Assembly: GCA_013416795.1 (NCBI GenBank)
Contig: RQSC01000152.1
Span: 1 to 64,000 of the forward strand
Origin: Prasinococcaceae sp. CCMP 1430
Taxonomy: Eukaryota; Plantae; Prasinodermophyta
Direction: 5' to 3'
Length of the DNA: 64,000 nt
Made by a program: the position numbers and the translations under genes. The notes under the pieces were generated by a model that had not been told where the DNA came from, ran no database searches, and worked only from the letters and a program-made list of their open reading frames with translations. This document shows positions 31,638-41,933 of the stretch, piece by piece. The first letter of the stretch is position 1; each line of letters begins with the position of its first letter.

Positions 31638-33150
31638 TCAACCCCCGGGAGACTGCTTGACCTCACCGTCGGGATAAATCTCCTCTAGCAGATCAGCGTC
31701 GTCGTCCTCGCTCTCCATAGTTAGATCAGGGCGAACTTCCGAGGCTCGCACGTCGTGGCTCGGCTCCGTATCCTGTGATCCGACGGGGCGACGCGCCGTC
31801 AGAAGCAGCGCAAATGCTGCGCGTCGAGAGCGCCTCGGCCGAGGCCCGTGCGCTCCGCGCCTGCGCGTCGTGCACCTCGCGCGCGCGTCTGGGCCACAAG
31901 ATCTCGCCCGCCCGCGCGCACGTACCACATCCTGAATGCGATCCAGCTCAACCGGGCCATCGCGTGCCCGCTTCTGCGCAGGAGAGCCGCTGTCCTCGTC
32001 GTCGTCGTCAAGGACAGTAGCTCCGCCGCGCCCACCGCGGCGTCCCACTCCAGCCTCCGCGGCAGCGCGCACCTCCTCGTCGTCGTCTACGAGCTCATCC
32101 AGCACAGCATCATCGTCCTCGAAACCGACGTCCCCCTGCGGTTTTATCCCCGCATCGCGTGTGCGCGAGCGAATGCACGATGCGCCCAAAGCGAGCCCCG
32201 CCGCCAGGTGGTGGCCACGCCGCGCGCGCGCGAAAGTCAGCACGGGCGGGGGCTCGCGTGAATGAAAGGATAGGTGTTCGCCATGCGCGGCCATGCAAGC
32301 ACGCATCCGGCACCCGGGAGCGCACCTCTTCATCGTCTGTAGCTCCCTCGTACGCTGCAAAGTCGTCCTCTTCGTCGTCCTCACTCGTGCGCTCGGGAGG
32401 TGGCGGCGCCGGCCCCCTGTGCTTGGTAAAGAAGTCGGTCATGCTCTTCATCTTGGGGAGCGTTGGCGCCCTGTCCACCTTCTTTCCCCGTTTCGACGTG
32501 TCCGCGCCCGTGGCGGGCTCACCTCCTTCCTCGCCATCGCCAACCCTCTCGCCCTCAGCGCCGTCGCTGGGCGCCCTTCGTCCGGGCTTGCTGGCGTTTG
32601 CCACCGCCGCTGCTTCGGCCACCTCGCCCGCCATGCTCTTCATCACATCAACGAGGAAGTGCAGCCGGTCGTTCTCACGGCGCGCGCACACCTCGGCGAC
32701 GTCGTTTATCTTGATCGTGCGGCGGCCCGCCGACTTGGCCGCGGCGGCGGCGTGGTCCGTCAGTCCCGAGAGAAACGCCTCGGTCGCCACGGCTGTGAGC
32801 AGCAGCGCCTCCTTGGAGTATCGACCGACCTCCTTATCCATCTTCATTATGCGCCCCACACGCGCCAGCGGTAGCTGCGAGATTGGCGGCTGCGGCGCTG
32901 AGGCGCCATCGCCGCCATCGCCGGCGGCATTGGCGCCGCCTTCTGGGTCAGCGGCCGCAGCGGCTGCGGCCTCCTGCTCTGCCCGCTGTTTAAAGGCCGC
33001 GCGCTCCTCCTCTGAGAGCGCCCTCCAGCGCACGCCCAGGGCCTTCGCCACGTCAGTCACGCCAGCCTTGGCGCCCGACTCGAGCAGCGACTCCTTGACC
33101 TCCTCGCGCGCCTGCCTGGTGAAGACGAAGTACGCCGAAACGCGGCCCAT
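31638..33150 (-). CDS. HMG-box plus histone-fold (NF-YC/DPB3/CHRAC15-like) protein with an acidic tail; introns 32136-32325 and 31773-31925
   Basis: SAYFVFTRQAREEV...VTDVAKALGVRWRALSEEERAAF is an HMG box. LPLARVGRIMKMDKEV...SKEALLLTAVATEAFL...RRTIKINDV...LHFL is an H2A-like histone fold. Both introns are phase 0 GT-AG. Confidence 0.82.
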
Positions 33151-33703
33151 TGCCCCCTGCGGAGGCCCAGCAGGGTCCTCCGGTGGCGCGCGCCCCTCCG
33201 TGCCCAAGCTCGCTCGCACTCACGCTCGCGCGCCGCGCAGAGGGGCGCTGCCGGCGCCACAGCCGCTCGCCGGCGCGGGCGATCCCCGCCTGCCGCCCCA
33301 GGCCGCGGCCGCTCCCCGCCGCCCCGCGCGCCACGCGCGCTCTGTAGCAGGCTGCCGGGGCAGCGCGCGACGAATTTCGCGCGCGCGGGTGAGTTCTCCA
33401 GAGGCAGCATGCAGCAGGTGGCAGTTGCGGTTCATTTGAAATGATCAATTCAACAGTTTGTGTATTTCGAGCAGGGTTGCGCCAGAGGGCCCGCGGCAAC
33501 GCGGCAACGCGCGGCCACGCGGCCGCCGCGTCGGCCCGCGCGACGGCGTCACTGGCCATGGCAGGCTGGCTTGTGCGCTCGCGAGGAGTGGAGTCGGCGC
33601 TTCGAGTGCGATTCGTGCCTGGCGAGGCGCGAGGGCGGTGCCGCGCGCGTGCGCGCGCGCAAGTGAGACAGCAGCCGTCGCGCAGCCTACTTCCAGGCCG
33701 TGC

Positions 33704-34994
33704 TCAGTCCTCGTCGTCGGACTCTTTCTCGCGGATGTCCTCGCCGAGCTCGCCGGAGAACATCCGTAGCGCCATCTTGAGGATGAGCGCGATCCAGTAG
33801 ATGTGAATGGGCAGCAGCGCGGCCAACGCAATCGTAAGAGCGAACTCCATGCCGGTGGTGCAGCTGTAGGCTCCGCAGCGCGTTACGCCCGGGCCGTTTG
33901 TGACCGCGCTCAGGATGACGAAGGGATAGTAGCACAAACGCACGACAATGAAGAGCAGCGCGAAGATGGCGAAGAAGACGTCCTTGATGAGACCCTTGGG
34001 CGCAAGGTAGTTGCAACACTTGGCCACGTGCAGCGGCGGATCCGCCACGTTGTGAAGCAGCATGACTATTATGCCCACGCGCATCTCGCCGATGCTGTAG
34101 CTGAAGCCCGTCAGAAACGCGGTGATGAAGTGGTGCAGCATCATCTCCTTGAAGTCCTTCTTGCGGTTGGCCACGTCGAGGACCATGTAGACGATGCCCG
34201 CGACGTACCAGGAGATCTGAACGCGGCGCGGTGGCGAGGAGGCATTAGCACGCGTAGGCGCCCACGTCGGTGGACGCCCGGGGGCGACGTGCAGGCGTGC
34301 GCGCGGGCCGTTGGCATGGTCGACCAGTGCGCTCGACGGCGTCAGCTCGATGGCGGCAGCCGCGGGACGCCATGCCTGGCGCGCCTCCAGCGAACCAGGG
34401 CACGCACGCCAGCGTCATGAGATGCATGGGCAGAGCAACCGGCAACGCCTGGCCCCATGACTTTGCACCCACGCGGGCGCGCTGATCACCTCCGCGCCTG
34501 CGCGCTGCTGGCTCTGCCTGCGCAGCGCGCTGACGCACCTCCAGGAGGTACATGAATTTTAGCTCCATCGCAACCTCGGTCCAAGCGCCGCCGGGCCACA
34601 AGAGTTTGTAGTCGCGCATCCATTCGTACCTCCAGGCGAAGCGGAAGGACATCGCCAGCGAGGTGGAGTAGTAAATGAGCTCGCGGAACGAGCTCGCGAA
34701 CTTCTGGCGCGAGCGGTGCTTGGCCACGCCGAGCGCAGCGCCCAGCGGCGGGAAGAGCACGTACTGGGAAGCGAAGTAAAACGCGAGCATCAAGGCGCAG
34801 TTCGTCACGAGCACCCACACATCGCGCGGATCGGACAGCATGGTCGGTGCCATCCTCGTCCCGATAAGCTCATCCCCTGGAGCGAAGAAGGCCGCCCGCG
34901 CGTGTTCGAAGAGCTCGAACGCGTATGAGACGCCCGCGACCGGCCCGCGCGCCATGGCGCAGGCCTCCTCGACGGTCGCAAGCTGCCGACGCAT
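33704..34994 (-). CDS. LAG1: Ceramide synthase LAG1/TLC family; intron 34217-34538
   Basis: KFASSFRELIYY, spliced YLLE-ISWYV, and the Lag1p motif RKKDFKEMMLHHFITAFL..FSY...VGIIVMLLHNVADPPLHVAK, plus LLPIHIYW..ILKMA. Confidence 0.92.
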
Positions 34995-35206
34995 GTCGGC
35001 CAGGGCCCCATCGAAAAGAGAGCGAGCGGGCGAGCGCGGGCCCGACGGTTGACGGTTGGCGCGGCTCACCCGGCTCACCCGGGCGCGTTCGAGCGCCGGG
35101 GGCACGCTCTTGCTCTTGGCCGCGGAAGGTGGCGCGGCGGCCGCCCCCTCGGGCGCCGACCGCAGCGCTGGCTGCCCACGCACCCCGCGGCTGGGGTGGG
35201 AGGGCC

Positions 35207-35623
35207 ATGGATCACGGACACGCCGCCGCAGGGGAGGCCGAGGGGAGCAGGAGCGCGCGCCTGCAGGCTATGCACTCGATGCAGCAGCACCAGCAGCAGC
35301 TGCGGCAGGGCGCCAACGCGCACGGGCAGGTGCACCACGGCGGGTACGGGGGGCCGTCCGCGCACGACGGCCACGGCGAGCAGCAGCAGCACAGGTACGG
35401 CGGAGACAACGCGTGGTTCTCCGACCTGGACGTGCTCGAATACCTCCTCGCGCCAGGCCAGGGCGACGGCCACGGCGGCGCCGGCCCACACCGGGTTCGA
35501 AGGACGCAAAAAACACCGCATCGCGGCAGCAGCAATTTTCGGCGCGCGCTTCCGCGCGCCGCCATAGCGAAATGCACGTCTCGAGTAAACGGTGGGGGCA
35601 GTTCGAGTGCGACCGTGAGGTGA
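35207..35623 (+). CDS. Orphan Gln/His/Gly-rich ORF (small gene or 5' fragment)
   Basis: First ~95 codons are strongly GC3-biased (MDHGHAAAG...QQHQQQ...WFSDLDVLEYLL). The later part loses the codon bias. No family recognised. Confidence 0.4.
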   Translation: MDHGHAAAGEAEGSRSARLQAMHSMQQHQQQLRQGANAHGQVHHGGYGGPSAHDGHGEQQQHRYGGDNAWFSDLDVLEYLLAPGQGDGHGGAGPHRVRRTQKTPHRGSSNFRRALPRAAIAKCTSRVNGGGSSSATVR

Positions 35624-35766
35624 ATGGGATTTAACGGTGGCGTCGTCATGTCGTGCACGTGCACACGAGAATGCGGTCGCACTGCCCAGCGAAGGGCGTG
35701 CGCGCAGGAGAGGACACGACAGTCACCCGGGAGGAGCCGATACTGGGGCCTGCGCACTTCGGCCGG

Positions 35767-36550
35767 CTACTGCGCCCCTGTGCGACCGCCGGTGAGCATG
35801 TTCTCAAGAGCACGCCTGTGTGCTCTCGCGCTCGTGATGTTGCCCCTCACGCGGCACACCTCCGCCTGCGTTGCCTTGACGGCAGCCATCACCTGCCGCG
35901 TGGTGCGCGTGCACCTGTCGACGGCGCCATCGGAGGCTTCCGCCTGCAGCATGCGCATGACCCCATCGATGCCTTCGATCTGCGCCTGCTTGCTCATCAC
36001 AACGAGGACGGCAGGCGCGCATTGCTCCCGCAAGTGCGCCTCGGCCGCTGCATCGTGTTCGCGGCACTGAGCAAGGGTATTGGCGCCGCGCGCACGTAGG
36101 GCATCGACTTGTGCCTCCTACGTCACCATGCGCGATCGCGTACGCGCTGATGTCGTCAGAGCGCTACAACACCATGCGCTGTGCACAGGCGCAAGGGGAG
36201 CGCAGCATGCCGCAAGCGGCAGGGCCATGTATGTGCGCCTCGCGTGCCTTGCTCTCAGATGTCCGCTCTGCTTCTGCTATTGCTTCTTGTGCACCTTCAG
36301 CCTCGCTCTCGATGGCCTCTGCCTCGGCCGCTGCAGCGAGCGCATCGTGCTCGGCGCGCGCGCGCTCCAGCGCCTTTGCTGCGCGCTCCGCCCTCGCGAC
36401 GCGCAGCTCTGCCTCAGCGCCAGCAGCCAGCGCCTCGGCCTCGGCGGCCCCGCGCTCGGCCTCCGCCATGGCGCGCGCGCGCGCATCGAGCCGCGCGCCG
36501 ACGGCCGCGCAGTGCGCCTCGATTCGCGCCGCGCGAGACGTCGGCGCCAT
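35767..36550 (-). CDS. Uncharacterised coiled-coil protein, two exons (candidate GC-AG intron 36118-36247)
   Basis: Exon 1 is Ala/Glu heptad-rich (AEAERGAAEAEALAAG...). Exon 2 follows TAG at 36118 and reads EAQVDALRARG...QIEGIDGVMRMLQAE..., ending TAG at 35767. Confidence 0.5.
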
Positions 36551-36963
36551 GACACCCCGCCCTTCCCCCCCCCCGTCCCACCGCAGCAGCCGCCCCCTCA
36601 CTCGCGCTGGCGCGCGCGCTCTGTGGCCGGCTGTTTGTACGCACGCGCCACCGCTTTGAACCCCGCATATGGACGAAGAGCATCGAGATTTTTTGCCAAC
36701 TTCGAATAAACGGCTGTTTGTGATTTGAAGGGTGTGTTCCCGTATTTGTGGGGACCGTTTTTTTTGTGGCGGCGCCGCCGCCGCCATGCTGGCCACCACG
36801 CGCGCGGCGCCCCAGGGGACGCGGCGAGGGTGGGGAGGGGCTTGCGCGCGCCAGACGCGCGCGTTGCGTCAGCGGCGGCAAAGGGCGGAGAACGAGGAGG
36901 AGGGATACTGCGACGGCCTTCCCCCGTCGGGTACGCGTGCTCCTCCGGGGCGTGCATGCCGGC

Positions 36964-37956
36964 ATGCACGCGCGGAGCACGGCAGCCTCAACCTCGGGAG
37001 CGGATGGGAGGCTTCCAGGGGGCACGCACGCGGCCGCCGTGCGAGCGTGCCGGTGGGCGGCGGCTGCGGCGACGGCAGCAGCGGCGTGCGCACCAAATAC
37101 AGCGCGCATTGCTGCTCTCTCGCGCGCGGATGCGGTGGTCGCCGCGGTATGGGGCGCCGCGCGTGCAAGCGCCGTGTTCCGTCACGACTCATTCGAGCCG
37201 CTGCTGGTGCTCGTCGCCTTCAGCGCGTGCCTGCTGTGGTGGTGGTGCATCGACCACGCGCTGGTGGGCAGACGCTGGGCGAAGGCCTTTCAGCTCTGCC
37301 CCGGTGACAGCTCGCTCGCACACTGGCGCGTCGAGGATGGGACGCGCTCTCGGCTGTGCGAGGTCGTCGCCGTGTTCGTCGCGCCGGTGCTGCTGATGGA
37401 CGTACTCTGGCCCAGGCGGGCCGCAAAGGTGGACGCGGCCGGCGACATCGGCTTCCTACAGCTCATCGTGCAGGTACTTGTCGGCCTGCTCGCGTACGAC
37501 GTGCTCTTCGCCCTGAGTCACCTGGCCATGCATAAACATCCGCTGCTCTGGAAGATTCACGCCAAGCATCACGACCAGACGGTCGTCCGCGCACGGGACA
37601 CCATCCGTCTGCATCCGTTGGATGAGGCGATAGACGTGGGGTGCTCGATCGCGGCGGTGAACCTGATGCGGCTGCACCCCTTGGCGCGCAGCCTGTACAA
37701 CGCCGTGATCATTCTGGCGCTGTGTGACCTGCACAGCGGATGGGACGTGCCGTGCTCGCTCGAGAACTTGCTCGGCGAGCGGCTATGGGGCGGCTCGAGG
37801 CGACACCACGCGCACCACTTGGGCACGTGCAAGGGCTCCGCCTACAGCAAGTTCTTCCCTCAAATCGACGCGGCCATCGACACCGCGGGCTTGGCGGCGT
37901 CCGCGATGGCCAGCCGTGGCGCGCGCGAAGGTCGAGGGCGAGTCCCGCATCCGTAA
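36964..37956 (+). CDS. Fatty acid hydroxylase/sterol desaturase superfamily enzyme (CH25H/ERG25-like)
   Basis: Three His boxes (HLAMH, HAKHH, HHAHH), plus LHPLD, DLHSGWDVP and YSKFF. Start uncertain. Confidence 0.88.
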   Translation: MHARSTAASTSGADGRLPGGTHAAAVRACRWAAAAATAAAACAPNTARIAALSRADAVVAAVWGAARASAVFRHDSFEPLLVLVAFSACLLWWWCIDHALVGRRWAKAFQLCPGDSSLAHWRVEDGTRSRLCEVVAVFVAPVLLMDVLWPRRAAKVDAAGDIGFLQLIVQVLVGLLAYDVLFALSHLAMHKHPLLWKIHAKHHDQTVVRARDTIRLHPLDEAIDVGCSIAAVNLMRLHPLARSLYNAVIILALCDLHSGWDVPCSLENLLGERLWGGSRRHHAHHLGTCKGSAYSKFFPQIDAAIDTAGLAASAMASRGAREGRGRVPHP

Positions 37957-38135
37957 ATGTATGAGTAGTCCACTATGGGTTATTATGCTCTGAGTGCACA
38001 GGTACACGTGCCACGTGACCGTTCGGCGTTTGAGCGGTTTGGAGCGCAGCGCAGGTGCCGCACTCTCGCTTGGCGCGGTCAATGCAGCCCCGCGGGCGCA
38101 GCGATGGAGTCTGGAGATGGCGCGAGCCACGCCGT

Positions 38136-38612
38136 TCACTGAGCCTGCTGGGCCTGCTGCTGCGCGACTCGCTCCTTCGCCGCCGCGTCGGCTGCCGCGG
38201 CTGCCGCTTGCTGTGCTGCTCGGAACCTATTTGTCCTGTGGTGCTGCCAGTGGAAGAACTGCTGCGCGTGTGCGAGGTCCCTCGCCGCTGGGTGCTTGGC
38301 AGCCTCGCGAAAACGCGCGTCCTGCAGCAGCTCGAGGAAGTACAGAGCGTGCGGATAGCGCACCAAGCGGGCGTACTCCGGCCTCAGCCAGTATGTTAGG
38401 TAGCGCAGGTAGTTCACAAAGGCCGTGTCGGTCAGGTACTGCTCCTGCGCGAGCCAGTGCACGTACGCGGGCGATGCCAGCATCTGCACAAACTCGAGCT
38501 CCGCGCGCAACCGCTGCGAACCGCCAGGGTCCGCCTCCGCGAGCGCCGCCGCGCAGGCGGCCGCGCGCTCAGCCGCGCCGGGGCGCTCATCGGCAGTGGC
38601 TTCCGCCACCAT
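38136..38612 (-). CDS. MED31: Mediator subunit 31 (SOH1)
   Basis: RLRAELEFVQMLASPAYVHWLAQ...FVNYLRYLTYW.RPEYARLVRYPHALYFLELLQ..RFR. Confidence 0.96.
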   Translation of the reverse strand: MVAEATADERPGAAERAAACAAALAEADPGGSQRLRAELEFVQMLASPAYVHWLAQEQYLTDTAFVNYLRYLTYWLRPEYARLVRYPHALYFLELLQDARFREAAKHPAARDLAHAQQFFHWQHHRTNRFRAAQQAAAAAADAAAKERVAQQQAQQAQ

Positions 38613-38885
38613 CGCGCTCACCTCTCCCCTCGTCGCTCGACGCACCAAGATATTTAAAAAAATCCAGTGAAAAATCAAAAACAAATCAAAATATAAAAAG
38701 CATCCATTACTGAACCCTTTACTACGTATTACCCCAAACATCGACGCGCGCCGGCGCACCCGGCGATGACTTAATGTATTTTGATAGGGATCTTGGCGTA
38801 ACCCTAAGCTTATCCGCCTGCTGCTGCTGCTGCGCTGCGGGTGCGGCGGGCGGGCGCGCGCCACACGCGTGCGCGGGCGCGGGCG

Positions 38886-39031
38886 TGTGCGCGCGTGTGT
38901 GTGTGTGTACGTGTGTGTGTGTGTGTGTGTGACTGTGTGTGTGTGACTGTGCGTGTGTGTGTGCGTGTGCGTGTGCGTGTGTGTGTGCGCGTGTGTGTGC
39001 GTGTGTGTGTGCGCGTGTGTGCGCGTGCGCC
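38886..39031. repeat. (TG)n/(TGCG)n compound microsatellite
   Basis: Seen directly. It is the inverse complement type of the (CA)n tracts beginning ~160 nt downstream. Confidence 0.9.
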
Positions 39032-39037
39032 CGCGGC

Positions 39038-39193
39038 ATGGCCGTCCTGGGTGGGCGGGCCGGCCCCGCGCGGCTCGTACGCGCGACCAGAGCCGTGCGT
39101 ACACACACACGCCGTGCATACACGCGCGCGAGCGGTGCGGACGCGGCGGCGTTCTGGGCGCCGCACGCGCACCTGGGCGGTGAGGTACGTGCA

Positions 39194-39226
<33 letters not shown>

Positions 39227-39522
39227 CACACACATGCATGCATGCACATGCACACACACACACATGCACACACACAACACACACACATACCACACAGTCA
39301 TACAGTCACACACACACAACACACACGCAGCACACCGACGCGCACGCGCTCACACGCATACGCACGCACGCACGCGCACACACGTCGGGCGGCAAGGCGG
39401 CGGCGGCCGTGTGCGTGTCCGCAGGGCTGGGCGACGCGGCAGACGTCGCCGCGCGGGTCGCGGCGGTGCAGGCGCTGCTGCCGGAGACCAACGCGCTCGC
39501 GGTGTGCTGCGCGGAGCCAGAG
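39038..39522 (+). CDS. Hidden two-exon coding segment within the satellite (exon 39038-39179 or 39184, exon 39425-39522)
   Basis: ATG plus transit-like MAVLGGRAGPARLVRATRAVR. Donors GTGAGG (39180) and GTACGT (39185). Exon bounded by CCGCAG and GTGCGC, reading GLGDAADVAARVAAVQALLPETNALAVCCAEPE with GC3 bias. Confidence 0.5.
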
Positions 39523-39754
39523 GTGCGCGCACGCGCGGGAATGCACACACACACACACACAACACACAAACACACACTAGCACACACACACACACAGACA
39601 CACACACACACACACACACACAGACACACACACAGACACACAGCACAACACAACACAACACAACACAACACAACACAACACAACACAACACACACAGACA
39701 CACACTACACACACAGCACACTAGCACACACACACACACAGACACACACACACA

Positions 39755-39821
<67 letters not shown>

Positions 39822-39929
39822 CACAACACAACACAACACAACACAACACAACACAACACAACACAACACAACACAACACAACACAACACAACACAACACA
39901 CACAGACACACACTACACACACAGCACAC
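39193..39929. repeat. (CA)n/(CACAA)n compound satellite in two blocks (about 39193-39382 and 39542-39929), the second with an internal tandem duplication
   Basis: Seen directly. The unit cacactagcacac...(acaac)n...cacacagacacacactacacacacagcacact occurs twice with different internal copy numbers. Confidence 0.93.
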
Positions 39930-39987
39930 TGACGCACGCGCTCACACGCGCGCGCCCGCGCGCGTGGAAACGCACCCGCGCGCCCAG

Positions 39988-41454
39988 GCGACGCTCGGGC
40001 GGCCCCTCTCGGCGGTGGGCGCGTCCGTTGCCGCCGAGCCGCGCTGTGCCGCGCCGGGCGGCAGCGCGCGCGGCGGCGGTCGACATCGAGGGCTCGGTGG
40101 CGCTCACTGAGGGTCGCGAGGGGCTGCCCATGGTGCGCCTCACGCACGTTTCGGGATCCGAGGCCGAGGTGTACCTCTTCGGCGGCGTGTGCACTTCGTG
40201 GACCGTCGGCGGCGAGGACCTCCTGTACGTGAGGCCCGATGCCAAGGTGAGCAGCGAAGTGCGGCTGCGGCTATGGGCGCGGGCACGGGCGCCGATGCCC
40301 TGCGCGGTCAATCACACACCTGCAACGCACGCCCATTTGTGTGCGCGCGTGTACACACTGGCGCAGGCTGACGCGTGCTTTGCGCGTCGCGATCACCCGC
40401 ACAACCCCGGCATTCCTTCCTCAAAACACGCCCGCCCAACGCGCAGTTCGACAAGTCCAAGCCCATTTCGGGCGGCATCCCGCACTGCTTCCCACAGTTC
40501 GGCCCGGGCGAAATGCAGCAGCACGGCTTCGCGCGCAATCTTGACTGGGAGGTAGCCTCCACCAGCGCTGACGTCAATCCCGACGACCCCGAGCCTTGCG
40601 TCGAGCTTGTGCTCAAGGTGCGAGCACGCGCGTGAGCATGCTCGCGGGTGAGCATGCGAGTGTGAGCGCGAGCGCGAAGGCGCGCGTACGCGAGCGCGAA
40701 GGCGCGCGCGATGGCATCCTCGCACGCTGACATTTGCCTGCGACGATGCACTGCCTGCTGCTACTCTTTGTCCCTGCTTTGCCTCCTGCTTTCTGCCCCG
40801 CCCCGCCCACCCCCAACCACGACCACTCGCCATGCACATGGCGCGACAGGACAACGAGTACACGCGCGCCATGTTTGATTACAGCTTCACCGCCGCGCTC
40901 GCAGTGACGCTCAAGGCCGACCAGCTTGTGTGCGATATGCGCGTGGTCAACACTGACTCCAAGGAGTTCGATTTCACCGCAGCGCTGCACACTTACTTTG
41001 CGGCCAATGTGGGCGACGTGCGCGTTGAGGGTCTCGGTGGGCTGTCGTACCTCGACAAGACCGTGGACGTCAACAACCCGCCCACGAAGGAACTCGCTGA
41101 GGGCGCTGCTCTGGCCATCGAGAAGGTGCGAATCCGCGCGTACTGCCGATCGCAACGCGCACGCACCACCCGTCCGCCCATTCTGACTCTCCACGCACTC
41201 GCGCGTGTGCTTCGTAGGAGACCGACTCTGTCTTCCTTGGCGCGCCCGACGAGCTCACTCTGCGCACGGGCCGCAAGTCGGACGTGGAGATCATGCAGCA
41301 AGGCTGGAACGACGCGGTGGTGTGGAACCCCTGGGACAGCATGCCCGACTCCTATCCGCACTTCGTGTGCGTCGAGTGCGCCAAGGTGGGAACGCCGGAG
41401 AAGCTCGCGCCTGGCGAGTCGTGGACTTCCACCATGACGCTCAGCGCCGCCTGA
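39988..41454 (+). CDS. Aldose/D-hexose-6-phosphate 1-epimerase (YeaD-like), probably plastid; introns 40247-40446, 40618-40849, 41126-41217; start unresolved
   Basis: LPMVRLTHVSGSEAEVYLFGGVCTSW, ISGGIPHCFPQFG, QHGFARN, FTAALHTYF, DAVVWNPW and FVCVE. All three introns are phase 0 GT-AG. Confidence 0.92.
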
Positions 41455-41933
41455 ACAGTCTGGTCCGACGTGGCCGTCGAGTGCTTCATTGGAAATGGTC
41501 TGTCGTGCTGCTGCTAGCCCGGCTTGCTGGACAGCGTCCGATGACCGCTGGGTGCACAGCTCGCACCTCCGTGGATGTGACCCTGCCAACGCGCGCATCG
41601 CCAGCGCTTGGCACGGCGCTTGTGCCGGTAAAAAAGAGGGCGTCGCCAGATTCAGTGGGTGAGCGCATTTGCCGCGTATGCACTCACTCACAACGCGGGT
41701 GGCTCACACTCGCCGCATGCCCCAAGGTGCGCTGGCAGCGAGCAGGATACGGCTGGGGTAATCAAAAAAAGGTGACACGGTGGTCAAGAGCCGGCAGATT
41801 GTGCGTCGGGGCAGCAGGCGTTGCGACGCTCTTCAATTCGAGCCACCGCGTGCGCCTGCCGCATCACTGAGCTCCAGCAACCACAGTGCGCACTTCGCGC
41901 TTGGGCGAGCGAGCCCGGGGGAATGAAAGGCCG

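Noticed and set aside
38722-38840. Minus-strand AQQQQQADKLRVTPRSLSKYIKSS... after a CAG, possibly a terminal exon
   Set aside because: Low GC3 and no upstream exon. It lies in the AT-rich MED31 promoter, and the polyQ comes from a short (CAG)n run.
30984-39929. CRISPR-like or mobile-element interpretation of the direct repeats
   Set aside because: The repeats are coding duplications or simple satellites, with no unique spacers, cas genes, transposase, LTRs or TIR/TSD pairs anywhere in the window.
38841-39932. Long HT/CV-repeat ORFs on both strands
   Set aside because: They are translations of (CA)n/(TG)n microsatellite, with no coding bias outside the small exons described.
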